From the NCBI GenBank assembly GCA_964016885.1, contig OZ024742.1:64046001-64110000 (forward strand): a DNA stretch of 64,000 nucleotides, written 5' to 3'. The notes beneath the pieces are model-generated. The model searched no databases and was not told where the DNA came from. It worked only from the letters and a program-made list of their open reading frames with translations. Position numbers and translations under genes: made by a program. This DNA is from Eledone cirrhosa. Lineage: Eukaryota. Positions 1 through 11,665 of this stretch are shown piece after piece (the first letter of the stretch is position 1; each line of letters starts with the position of its first letter).

Positions 1-1551
1 AACTATGGAAAGATGAGAGGCAAAGTTGGCTTTGACAGGATTTGAACTCAGAATGTAAAGGGGTGGAACAAATACTGCATTATATTTGTTCACTGCTTTA
101 GTAATTCTGCCAACCCATCACCCTCATATTCTAATAATAATTGTTTCTACTTTAGGTACATGACCTGCAATTTGAAGGAAAGGGGAAAGTCGATTAAATC
201 AACCCAGTGTGTTACTGGTACTTTATTTTATCGATTCCGTAATAAATAATAATAAGGATTTGCTACAAAAGCACACAGTTTTTAAAAGAATATCTGTAGG
301 ATTCATTAAATTCCCCTTAATACATGACAGGTGTTGCTTTTATCAATCTCATCAGAATTTCAACTCAAATCATAAAGAAAATGTCATTAAAGCCTCAACC
401 ATTATGTCTTAGACTTTTCTGATTCTGACATACATTACCTTTACTTACAGCAACAACAATATTTAATAATATCAGCACAAAGTCACAAAATCAATTACTT
501 CTACCCTAGTATTTAACTGGCATTTGATTTTATCAACTCACAAATAATTGTTTCTACTTTAGGCACTGAAAAATAATGTTGAGTGTGGGGGATTTGAACT
601 CAAAATGTATTAAACTGGAACATACCTCAAGGCTTCTTCCAGTGCTTTAACGATTCTACCACCTTACTCAAATGTTTGGCACAAGGCCAGTAATTTTGAT
701 GGGAGGGGAAATTCAGTTAAATTGACCCCAATACTTGACTGGTATTTTATAGACTTCGAGATTATGTGAGATAATATGTGAAATAAAGTGTTTACCATGA
801 AAATACAATAGTAAATATAGAGTAATTAAAATGCTAAAGGGTTAATACATTTTCTTCAATAATAAGTACCTTGTATATCCTGGTTTGTTGAATAACTACA
901 CTGCCTCCCTGCTTGTTGTAAGAGGCAACAAAAAGGGATGGCATCAGGAAATGCATCCAGCTGTAAAATATTACTTCAAAATATCCCATGCCAATATAGA
1001 AAAGTCGATTAAAAAGGATGACGATGATGACAATGATGATGATGGTGAATTTCAAAATTCTAAAAATTCTTCCCAACAATTTTTCAATGATTAAAATCTG
1101 GGTTATTAAAGAAAACTAAATTTACTAATGATGTAGAAACTAAAGAAACAACAGCACCAATAAAAACCATCAAGGTTGTAGCACCTGTACAACTAGCAAT
1201 CTCTAGTGCAATTTATTTACACAAAATTCTACATCTTCTGATTCTATGCAGATATGGAATGTACCTCCATTGGTTTTGACAACAAGTGTTCCAATACTAA
1301 TAATAAATAATTTTGGTGGGAGCAGACAGTTAATTATACCTATCCCAGGACATTACTGGGATTTGATTTTATCGACCTCGGAAGGATAACAGGCAAGATT
1401 TGAACTCAGAATATAAAGAACTAGGACAAATACCACTTAGCATTTTCTCAAGCACTCTAACAACTCTGCCAAACTACCCTATCTAATGATAAATAATATA
1501 AGATGCCTTTGTTTGTTTTGCTTACCCATTTTTTATCATTCTCCTGGTTAG

Positions 1552-1780
1552 GAAGCAGCCAACATTATTACCGTGGATTGGAGTAAAGGAGCTGGATTTC
1601 CTTATGAACAAGCAGTGGCAAATGCTCGTGTTGTTGGTAAGCTGATAACGAACCTGCTGCTGCAACTGAATCCTAGACAGTTACGGTTCTTTACAAAATT
1701 GCATTTGATTGGTCACAGCCTTGGTGCACACATTGCAGCATTTGCTGCCAATGGTTTAAACCATACCAGTCGTATTACAG
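1552..1780 (+). CDS. Pancreatic lipase-family gene, first exon in the window (catalytic Ser); upstream exons not found in the window
   Basis: AG at 1550-1551 and GT at 1781. Translates EAANIITVDWSKGAGFPYEQAVANARVVG...LHLIGHSLGAHIAAFAANGLNHTSRITG, with the VDW and GHSLG nucleophile-elbow motifs. Ends in phase 1. Confidence 0.95.
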
Positions 1781-3044
1781 GTAGGGAAGTTTTGTTTTTC
1801 TGTTGTCATTTAACACACACACACACATATACACATATGTGCACATGCATACACATGCACCCATATACACACATGAACACACATACACATGCACACACAC
1901 ACAAGTGCATATACACACAAACATATGCATGCATGCAAACACTCACAGACATATACACACATGCACACATGTGCACACACAAATATGCATCCACACATGC
2001 ACACACTTGCAGTATCTTTCCCTCTCAGTGTGTGTTTTGCATTCAAATACTGCCACTTGTCACTGATGACATTTCTGCCAATAGTTGCAACTGACAGATA
2101 GTATTAGCAATGAAAACATTGTTTCCTTGGTCAGATCTAATGATCTGCTCCATTTTTCTGCCAGAAGTTGTGACTGACATGGAATCAGCAATGGAAAGAC
2201 CATAGCGGAAATTGTTTCCTTGGTTAAATTCGATGATCAACCACATTCCTTTATTTTTGGGGGGTATTGAATTATAACAGAGCCCTTTCATTAAGGACTA
2301 ACCTTGGATTTGCACGTGGAAAGTTCTTTCTTATAAAGCAAGCCTCAGCAAGATATTTTGTGGAAAGCCAGCAGTCACCCGTACATATTAGTAACCCTTC
2401 TGCATGCTACCGATGTTGACCAAGGGAAAGGCAAAGGCCGATACAGTTTGACACCAGTGTCATCACAACTGATTTTTCCAGCTCATCGGACTGGAGTAAT
2501 ATGGAATAATGACACAACGTGCTGCCCAGTCCAGGATTTGAATCCATGACATTATGATTATGAGCCCAAATACCTGACTACTACGCTACACATATTTATT
2601 GTACTGAATAACCTCCCCTATGACCTTCAGCTTATTTTAAAAATCATAATTTTTATGTAAGTCACACAGCCTCTCACAATTATCATAACACACTCACACA
2701 CACATATAAATATATATAAAATATATGTATGTGTGTATATATATATATATACTTACACAAAAATACACACACATATTTATATATATACATGATAGAGCAT
2801 CTAGCCCCCGCATTTACATATAAACATATCCTCTCACACTCACACACACATGCATGCTTACACCTTCACGTATTCTCCCACACACATTTAGACATACATG
2901 TCCAAACCCTTTTTAAAGGGAGACAACTCTTTATCCATCTAACCTTCATTCTTTGACATTAGAAATAGAATGGAATTTCTATACCATTTCCTGTCAGCAT
3001 GACTTGGCAAGCTAATTAGAACACTGGATTAACCCCTTTACTTC

Positions 3045-3079
3045 CCTCCGAAGAAGAGATATTATCTCGAAAATTAAGG
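3045..3079 (+). ncRNA. Putative minimal hammerhead ribozyme in the Penelope 5' pseudo-LTR
   Basis: CCT-CCGAAGA-A-GAGAT(ATT)ATCTC-GAA-AATT-A-AGG: stem I CCT/AGG, 5-bp stem II, palindromic AATT stem III. Deviates from consensus by U4C and an extra A after A9. Confidence 0.55.
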
Positions 3080-4709
3080 ATATTCAAATAAATTTAAGGT
3101 AAAAGACTAATTGTCAGCAATATCTTTTGCATTTGTATTAATATTCAGCTGTCGATTTATTGACGGACTGCGTGGTCGCAGAAGACATCCACTGCTACGG
3201 CCTGCATCCGACAGACATACACCAGCTTTTGTCCTTCGCAGTGGACAACACGTACTTCACCTTCCACCACCACACATACAGACAGACAACAGGATTACCC
3301 ATGGGATCCAGCCTATCAGGCCTGCTGGCCATCACTTATATGAACCAGCTAGAATGCCGAGCCCTCAACACCTGCCATTCCTATACCTTCTTCACCCAAT
3401 ATGTAGATGACATACTCATCCTTACATCATCCGGTGAAGAAGCGGATAAAATATACATGACATTCCCCAGCATGGACGGCAATATAAAGTTCAGCATGGA
3501 ACACCCCGATGACCGCGGATCCCTATCCCTATTGGACTTCCAACTCAGGGTAACAGAGGCAGGTGACATCCACATCTGCTTCTATAAAAAAGCCGCCAGC
3601 AGGGACCTGTTCGTACATTTCAGATCGGCCCTCCCAGTCAGCTCTAAGTTCGGATACATAAGGAACGAACTACACGTATCCAGAACAAATGCACCGACGC
3701 AAGAGACTGAGACACACACACCACACATTTCCTGGAAGTACTTAAACTGAACGGATACCCGACGTCCACCGCGAACCGTGCCAGAAAGAACAGAGGACAC
3801 CACACCCGAGGCACTAACACCTGCTTCCTGAAGCTCCCACACTTCAGTGACGAAACAACAACAGCCATCCGCAGAGCTATCAGACGAGAGGGACTAGATA
3901 TCCAACTGGCCCACTCAGGACCTTCTCTACACGGACAGCTAACCAAAAGACACTCCACCAGACATGACAGCCACTGCAGGCTAGCCAACTGCCCCATCAA
4001 CAACACAGACCTATGCCACCAGGCTTACGTCGTATACAGATAAGAGTGCGACAAATGTAGCAATTTCTACATAGGTAGCACCACCAGACCACTTCACATA
4101 AGAATAAAAGAACACCTCAACACTAACGCTTCCTCATTTAAGAAACACCTAGTGAAATGCAAAAACACCAACAAAAACATAATAGTTAGGATAGAAGCTA
4201 AGGAAAGAAACCTTGGCAATCTTAGAATTAAAGAAGCACTGATTATAGACAAAACGCAACCACCAATCAATAACAGACTAGAACTCAACACCCAATTTTT
4301 AACATGATAGAGCACCTAGCCCCACACTTACACCTCCACGTACCCTCTCTCACACACACACGCACACTCATATGCATGCTTACACCTCCACTTATTCTCT
4401 CTCACACACACACAAAGTCCAGTTTCAACAGGATAGAGCATCTAGCCCCCACATTTACATATAAACATATCCTCTCACATTCACACACACACACACATAC
4501 ATGCACACACACACACACATGCTTACACCTTCACGTATTCTCCCACACACACTTAGACATTCATGTCCAAACCCTTTTTAAAGGGAGACAACTCTTTATC
4601 CACCTAACCTTCACTCTTTGACATTAGAAATAGAATGGAATTTCTATACCATTTCCTGTCAGCATGATTTGGCAAGCTAATTAGAACACGGGATTATCCC
4701 CTTTACTTC

Positions 4710-4744
4710 CCTCCGAAGAAGAGATATTATCTCGAAAATTAAGG
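4710..4744 (+). ncRNA. Putative minimal hammerhead ribozyme in the Penelope 3' pseudo-LTR
   Basis: Identical copy of the 3045-3079 motif. Confidence 0.55.
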
Positions 4745-5354
4745 ATATTCAAATAAATTTAAGGTAAAAGACTAATTGTCAGCAATATCTTTTGCCTTTG
4801 TATTTATATTCTATATCCATACCTGCATTGTTTTGGCCTTCTAACTCCAAACGTTTATATATACATATATACTTATATGTATGTATACATATATATACAT
4901 GTGCAAGTGCATGATGTGTCTCTCACACATATCGCTTACACAAATTTTTCTCTCACAAACACACATGCATACACTCTCCTCTCTCACCTACACACATAAT
5001 TTGACACAATTACATACTTAAAACAAAGCATTCTCTTGCAGAAATATTCAAATTCCCTCTCTCCCTTGCCCCCATTTCTCTCCTTCCCTCTCTCCCACTT
5101 TCTTTTTCTACCTCTACCCCTACCTCTTCTCTTTCTCTCTCATGTACACACACACACACACACACACTCTATCCCACACACTCACAGATATTCTCTCTCA
5201 CATACAGACACACTCAATAGCATTCATACATACACACTTTTTATTTTTAATTTCTAATGTAAGTACAAGGCTACATATTTTGTATGTAGTGGGAGAGCTA
5301 CACTAGATTAATTAGGTAACAATACAATGACTGCTATTTTAATATCATTTGCAG

Positions 5355-5590
5355 CCCACTCAGTAAAGTGGTTGTGTAGGTGTCACAACTAAAAGCACCC
5401 AGTCCATACTGTAAAGTGGTCATGTAGGTGACACAACAAAAAGTGTCCAGTCCTCACTGTAAAGTGGTCATGTCAGTGAGACGACAAAAAGTGCCCAGTC
5501 CACGCTGTAAAGTGGTCGTGTAGGTGACACAACAAAAAGCACCCAGTACACATTGTAAATGTGGTTGGCATTAGGAAGATCATTGAGCTG
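5355..5590 (+). repeat. 48-bp tandem repeat (about 4.5 copies) derived from the RTE/SINE 3' UTR motif
   Basis: GTAAA(G/T) recurs at 5363, 5411, 5459, 5507 and 5555, then runs into the GTGGTTGGCATTAGGAAG motif shared with the LINE tail. Confidence 0.75.
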
Positions 5591-6571
5591 TAGACACCAA
5601 GCCTGCACACACATGCATGTAAACATGCATACATATCTACCTAGTTCATGTTTAAATTCTAATGAAATAGTCTTGCATCTATGTTAGAAACCGACTCTCT
5701 CTCTCTATTGGTAAAAATTTATAAAATTATAAAACCAGAACATACATACATACACATACGTATATACATACAAATACATACATATATATATATACATACA
5801 AACACATACATACATGCACACATACATAGGTACATACATATGTATGTACATATATACATAAAAAAAAACACTAAATAAAATTGTAAAAAAGCTACAGTTG
5901 AAAGCCAGTGTGTCAGAGTTTCCGTGTGGCTCATGTTACCATAATTTTCAGACTGAAAGAATGGCGGAAATATTGTATAAGTCACCCTGGAAATGACTCT
6001 CACTGCTGTCCTTAAAAAGTGACAGAAACCGTCATATCCCCACTCCATCTCTTAACCCATTTGTTACAATATTTCTATTGAAGACATCCTCATTATCATC
6101 ATCCTCATTTTTATGTTCACTTTTCCATGTTGGCATGGGTTGGACAGAACGTTTTGAGACAATTTATTTCAGCTAGATGCCCTTCCTGATACTAACCCTT
6201 TTAGTTGCCTTCTTATAATACATAAGGATACACTGTTTCTATTCTAAAAGCCAGGATACTCACTACCAATTAATTTAGAAAATGATCAAGAATTTGGAGG
6301 GATTTAGTAATACAACTAATTTTCTCATTATAAAGCTTTGTTTCAAACATGGCTTAACAATATGTTCTTATATAAAATTATAATGGAAGCTTTTGGGATA
6401 AATATAGACACTTTAAAATAGATATTTTTTTAAGGGAGGTTTCAAGTGGTTTGGTATCAGAAGGGTTAAAGTGACAGAAGTCCACCCAACCATACCTTTT
6501 CTCCTTCTTCCCATCCATCTCTTGAAGTAATACAACCAGCATATATTCCCTCCTCACTTAAAGTGACACAA

Positions 6572-6580
<9 letters not shown>

Positions 6581-6655
<75 letters not shown>
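6581..6655. repeat. (CT)n microsatellite
   Basis: Perfect CT run. Confidence 0.95.
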
Positions 6656-6660
<5 letters not shown>

Positions 6661-6912
6661 TTGTTGCTCTATTATTTTCATGTCATGTCATTTCAAAGGA
6701 AATTCCAACATTTTGGTAACACTGTGATGGTAATACCATCCATAGCATCTTTCTTTGCACCACCCAATCTATGTGTTGTATGTATCTCTCTCTCTCTCCC
6801 TCTCTTTCTGTGTATATATGTGTGTATATATGTATATATATATATATATATGGATTTTATCCTGAAATATAAGGACTATTAAACAACTCTAAGGTATCAT
6901 CCCAACGTCTTT

Positions 6913-7817
6913 ATCATCATCATCATCGTTTAACGTCCATTTTCCACGCTAGCATGGGTCTGGACGGGAATTTTCCCACTTGAGGCAAGATTGGTTGTTT
7001 TGCTCAGGACTGTGTGGCGGGTTTTCTACGGCTGGATGCCCTTCCTAATACCAACCACGTTTACAGTGTGGACTGGGAGGTTTTTACCGTGTTACCTACA
7101 CGGCCACATTACAGCGTGGACTGTGTGTTTTTTTGTCGTAACACCTACACGACCTCATTTATTTAGGACTGGATGTTGTTTTACCAACATAGCTTTACAT
7201 CGAAAGGGGTGGTGTAGATGGTGGTGGGGGTAGGGTTAGTGGGACGGGGGTGTATTTTGGTTAAGAGATGCTTGTAGGTTTTGCTTTGTACTTAGGCAAG
7301 ACGGGTCTTCTGTATTACTACGTAGCGCCAAAAGATCTTGGTCCAGTGATATTGTCTTGGGGAGGTGTAAGTGTGTGAGGTCGGATTTTATCAAGTCGTC
7401 CCAGGTTTTTCTGGGTCTGCCTACTCCGTAACTACCATCTATTTTGATCGCCCTGCACTTTTTTATACAGCTGTCGTCTTTCATGCGCATCACGTGACCA
7501 TACCAACATAGTCTTCTCTTGAGTAAACAGCATCTGATCCCTTTTATTCCTAATTTCTCACTTAGTTCATTTATGCTTTGCCGTTCGCATATATTACTAT
7601 TACACATCCAACAGAGCATGCAAGCTTTGTTCCTCTCCAGTCTGCATAGATCCTCTGCACACAAGGCCCATGTCTCACTGCCATGTAACATCGCTGTTCA
7701 TATGCAGGCATCATACAGCCTGCCTTTTATTTTTAGAGAGAAACCTTTAGCGGCCAATAGTGGTATAAGTACTCTGAACTTTTTCCATCCCGTTCGGACT
7801 CTAGCTACAGTACTTTC
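6913..7817 (-). mobile_element. RTE-clade LINE, 3' fragment
   Basis: ORF 7236-7691 (MLHGSETW...RRLCWYGHVMRM...GRPRKTW), followed by the 3' UTR and a (GAT)n tail. Confidence 0.9.
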
Positions 7818-8089
7818 GTCATTATATTTTAATATTCAATGTCCCATCTACAGTGATGTGGCCTTGTAATAATACACACACATATATATCATCATCAGTA
7901 CCATATATATACACACATATATATCATAATCTGTATCATATATACATACACACACATATATAAATGTATACGTGTATGTGTGCGTATGTGTATATATATC
8001 ATCATCATCATTTTACGTCCGCTTTTCCCTGCTTGCAAGGGTGGGACGGGAACTGATATATATATTTATATATATCAACTAGAAATAGA

Positions 8090-8282
8090 TTGACATATAT
8101 ATATATAAAATAAATACATGAAACAATCACAGTGAATAATTTGTAAAGAATGTAGCTAGGTAGGTAACTAATTAAAGTTTGACTAGAACTTCAAATATAG
8201 ATACCTTTTAAAATGATTAATCTTTACAAATTATTCCCTGTGATTGTTTCATGTATTTATTTTATATATATATATATGTCAA
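8090..8282. repeat. Inverted repeat with arms of about 60 bp in a TA tract (MITE/fold-back-like)
   Basis: TAAAATAAATACATGAAACAATCACAGTGAATAATTTGTAAAGA matches the reverse complement of the stretch from 8221 onward with one mismatch; the TA-rich outer ends also pair. Confidence 0.8.
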
Positions 8283-8593
8283 TATATATATATTTATTGA
8301 AATAACATATTAAAGTTTAAGCAAAGAATTGCTGCTTTCACCCTTAACTGGATCTTCTGAAACTGCTCTAGGGTTCTTATATATTTGATATATATTTATC
8401 CTTATCGAGCCCTCTTTGGATTTTAGTCTTCACATTTCATTTATTATTATTACTATATATATATATATATTAGAAAGTGAGGTTTTTTTTTTTTTACCGA
8501 ATGAAAAATAACCGAGGTGTCCTACATGAGTGAAAGTATAAAGAAAAAAAGATGAAATCGAAAATGCAACTGGAGTCTTATTTTTTTAAAAAC

Positions 8594-8921
8594 ATATATA
8601 TTTATTTGGTTCCTTTACCGGTTTCGCAGTTCTTCTGCTTTTCATAAGTAGAGTTGAGATGGAGAGTCTGTGGTTTTTCTCACATCTGGTTGGTCTTTGA
8701 ATGTTACTTGTTTTATATGGAAAAAATTTATTATAATTATTGACCAACCAATCAAATTACTTCTCTAAAAACCTGGCTTTTCGAGCCACTTTTTTCCATA
8801 TAAAACAAGTAACATTCAAAGACCAACCAGATGTGAGAAAAACCACAGACCCTCCATCTCAACTCTACTTTTGAAAAGCAGAAGAACTGCGAAACCGGTA
8901 AAGGAACCAAATAAATATATA
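8594..8921. mobile_element. Fold-back element with inverted arms of about 133 bp, each carrying a hammerhead-like motif (probable Penelope-type terminal repeat)
   Basis: 8594-8726 is the reverse complement of 8789-8921 with few mismatches. Both arms end in AATAAA followed by (TA)n. Confidence 0.8.
8868..8903 (+). ncRNA. Putative minimal type I hammerhead ribozyme, U3-A8 variant
   Basis: CTT-TTGAAAA-GCAG(AAGAA)CTGC-GAA-ACCGGT-A-AAG: stem I CTT/AAG, perfect 4-bp stem II, palindromic ACCGGT stem III, GUA cleavage triplet. Confidence 0.7.
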
Positions 8922-9479
8922 TAGAATAATGAAATACAAAGTAGTTCAGATGTTAAAATTCCTTTATTGAAACGCCATTATATATATTTTGATGACAGTA
9001 GTGGCCACATAATTTGGTGTTAAATCCAGTGCCATGATATCATCAGACAGCTTCTTACATAATAAGGTTACTTTTATTAGGCAATCCAAGTTTGAAGTGA
9101 CAAGGGAATGGATGAACACGATGCCCTTGAAGCAATCGTCACTCCGATGTGGAAAATACTCCGTCACTCTTATGTGGAAAAAGTACGATGAGTTCTTGAA
9201 TGGAATTACATAAATGTTTTATTGTATATTATATATATATCATCATCATCATCATATGTCTGCTTTCAACACTGGCATGGGTTTTACAAGTTGTCATAGT
9301 CCAATAACAGATGGGTCAGAACAAACCATCTTGCTCTTATGTTCCATATATAGTGTGGTTTCTACAGCCGGGAACACTTCCTATTGCAACCACATTACAG
9401 AGTGTACTGGGTGCATTCTGTCATGGCACCAGCAGTAGAGAAGCTGTCACATGCTGATCCAGACAAAAGTGATGGTGGC

Positions 9480-10201
9480 GTTGATGATGATAATGAGGGT
9501 AACAACAATGACAATGATAATGATGATGATGATGATGATGGAAGTGGTGATGGTTCTGTTGATGAAGGGAAGTGAAAAAGCATAATGATGATGCCAATGA
9601 TCATGCAGATCGTGATGATAATGATGATGATGACATTGGTGATATTGATGATAATGATGATGATGATGACGATGGCGAGGCTGGGGGAGAAGCTAGTGAG
9701 GTTGGTGGAGAAGGTGATGGTGGTGATGATTCCCACTTAAGTAATTTATATTACACAAAATGGTTTGTTCCAGAACTGTCTCACTGTCTGTCAGTCTGTC
9801 TGTACATTTCTATGTATATATGTATGTACATATGTATGTATGTATTTATGTACATATCTATGTATGTACACGTGTATGTATGTACGTATGTATGTATGTA
9901 CACATGTATGTATGTATGTATGTACGTACGTATGTACATGTGCATGTATGTATATATGTATGTGTGCCAGTCTGTCTGTCTGTCAGTATGTCTGATTTCC
10001 AGTCTGTCTCTCAGTCAGTCTGTCTCTCTCTCAGTCAGTCTGTCTGTCTGTCAGTCTGTCTGTCTCTCAGTCTGTCTGTCTGTCTGTCTGTCAGTCTGTC
10101 TGTCTCTCAGTCTGTCTGTCTGTCTCTCAGTCAGTCTGTCTGTCAGTCAGTCTGTCTGTCTCTCTCTCAGTCAGTCTGTCTGTCAGTCTGTCTGTCTCTC
10201 A

Positions 10202-10232
<31 letters not shown>

Positions 10233-10270
10233 AGTCTGTCTGTCTCTTGGTCTGTCTGTCTGTCTGTCTA
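9480..10270. repeat. Compound microsatellites (GAT)n, (TATG)n and (TCTG)n
   Basis: Visible simple repeats, which also explain the low-complexity ORFs here. Confidence 0.9.
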
Positions 10271-10817
10271 TCATGTGAGAGAGACAAAGTCTTTCTCACC
10301 CAGCTCCCACCTTTTAGGATTGTAGGTGTGGGTGAGGGTATGTATTGAAGGGAAGTGGAGACTGAAGTGGAGTGGAGTGGAGAGTGAGGTGGAGTAGAGT
10401 AGAGGAGAGTGGGGTGAAGGGGTTGGGAGTAATACATAGATATATTGAGGTGAGAAGAGGGAGAGATTTGAGTGAGAAGAGAGTGATGGATAAACTTAGA
10501 GGTGGTAAATAGAGAAGGAATGGGTGAGAGAAAAAGAGAGAATGAGAGAGAGGTAGACAGGAGAATGATGGAAAGAAAAAAAGAAAAGAAAGTGTAAGAG
10601 AAAGCAAGTAAAAGAAAGAGAGAGGAGAGAAAGAGAAAGTGAGAAACAGTAATAGAGAAAATAAGAGAAAGAGGGTAGTAGATTGACACATAGATATAGA
10701 GAGTGATAGACACTGATAAAGAGAGTGAGAGAAAGGGCATATCAGCATCATCATCATTGTTTTTATGTCCATTTTTTCCTGCTTGCATCTGTTGGACAGT
10801 AGTAGATATATATATAT

Positions 10818-11648
10818 ATCATCATCATCATCTTCATCATCGTTTAACGTCTATCTCCCACGCTAGCATAGGTTAGACGGGAATTGTCCCACTTGAGGCA
10901 AGATTGGTCGGGTGAGTGTGTCTCACTCGTATAGGACTGTCTGGCAGGTTTTCTACGGCTGGATGCCCTTCCTAACACCAACCACGTTTACAGTGTGGAC
11001 TGAGAGCTTTATACTGTGTTACCCACACAGCCACATTACAGCGTGGACGGTGTGTTTCTTTGTCGTGACACCTACACGACCTCATTATTTAGGACTGGAT
11101 GTTGTGGTACCAACATAACTTTACAGAGAAAGGATGGTGTTGGTGGGAGTGGGAGGATGGAGTAGGGGTAGTGGGTTGGGGTGTATATTTGGTTAAGAGG
11201 TGCCTACTGACTGTAGGTTTTGCTTTGTACAAAGGCAAGGTGGGTCTTCTGTATTACTGCGTGGCGCCAAAGATCTCGGTCCAGTGACATTGTCTTAGAG
11301 AGGGGCAAGTGTGTAAGGTCGGAATTTATCAAATTGTCCCAGGTTTTTCTGGGTCTGCCTACTCCATAACTTCCATCAATTTTGATCGCCCTGCACTTTT
11401 TTATACAGCTGTCATCTTTCATGCGCATCACGTGACCATACCAACATAGTCTTCTCTCAAGTAAACAGCATCTGATCCCTCTTATTCCTAATTTCTCACT
11501 TAGTTCATTTATGTTTTGCCGTTCGCATACATTACTATTACACATCCAACGGAGCATGCGTAGGTCCTCTGCATGCAATGCCCATGTCTCACTCCCATGT
11601 AGCATTGCTGTTCGTATACAGGCATCATACAATCTGCCTTTCATTTTA
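10818..11648 (-). mobile_element. RTE-clade LINE, 3' fragment
   Basis: ORF 11204-11698 (KMKGRLYDACIRTAMLHGSETW...GRPRKTW), 3' UTR and (GAT)n tail. Confidence 0.9.
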
Positions 11649-11665
11649 TATATATATATATATAG

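Larger units (their letters stand above)
2789..4811 (+). mobile_element. Penelope-like retroelement (5'-truncated, degenerate) with direct pseudo-LTRs
   Basis: RT ORF 3160-3750 with LPMGS and QYVDD. After a frameshift comes a GIY-YIG endonuclease, VVYR*ECDKCSNFYIGSTTRPLHIRIKEH...LRIKEALII...IN, ending at TGA 4305-4307. Near-identical direct repeats of about 360-380 bp at about 2789-3146 and 4432-4811. Confidence 0.92.

Noticed and set aside
1781-2094. His/Thr-rich extension of ORF 1573-2094
   Set aside because: It is read-through past the GT donor at 1781 into a CA-rich intronic repeat.
8325-8365. Minus-strand hammerhead-like CAGAAGA...GAAAGC
   Set aside because: U4 and the U of the cleavage triplet are both missing and stem II is weak; at best a decayed relic.
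8964-9167. Faint resemblance to a mariner transposase (DCFKGIVFIH)
   Set aside because: No catalytic motifs or terminal inverted repeats were recognisable.
9572-10348. 258-aa acidic and SVCL-repeat ORF
   Set aside because: It is a concatenation of (GAT)n, (TATG)n and (TCTG)n microsatellites.
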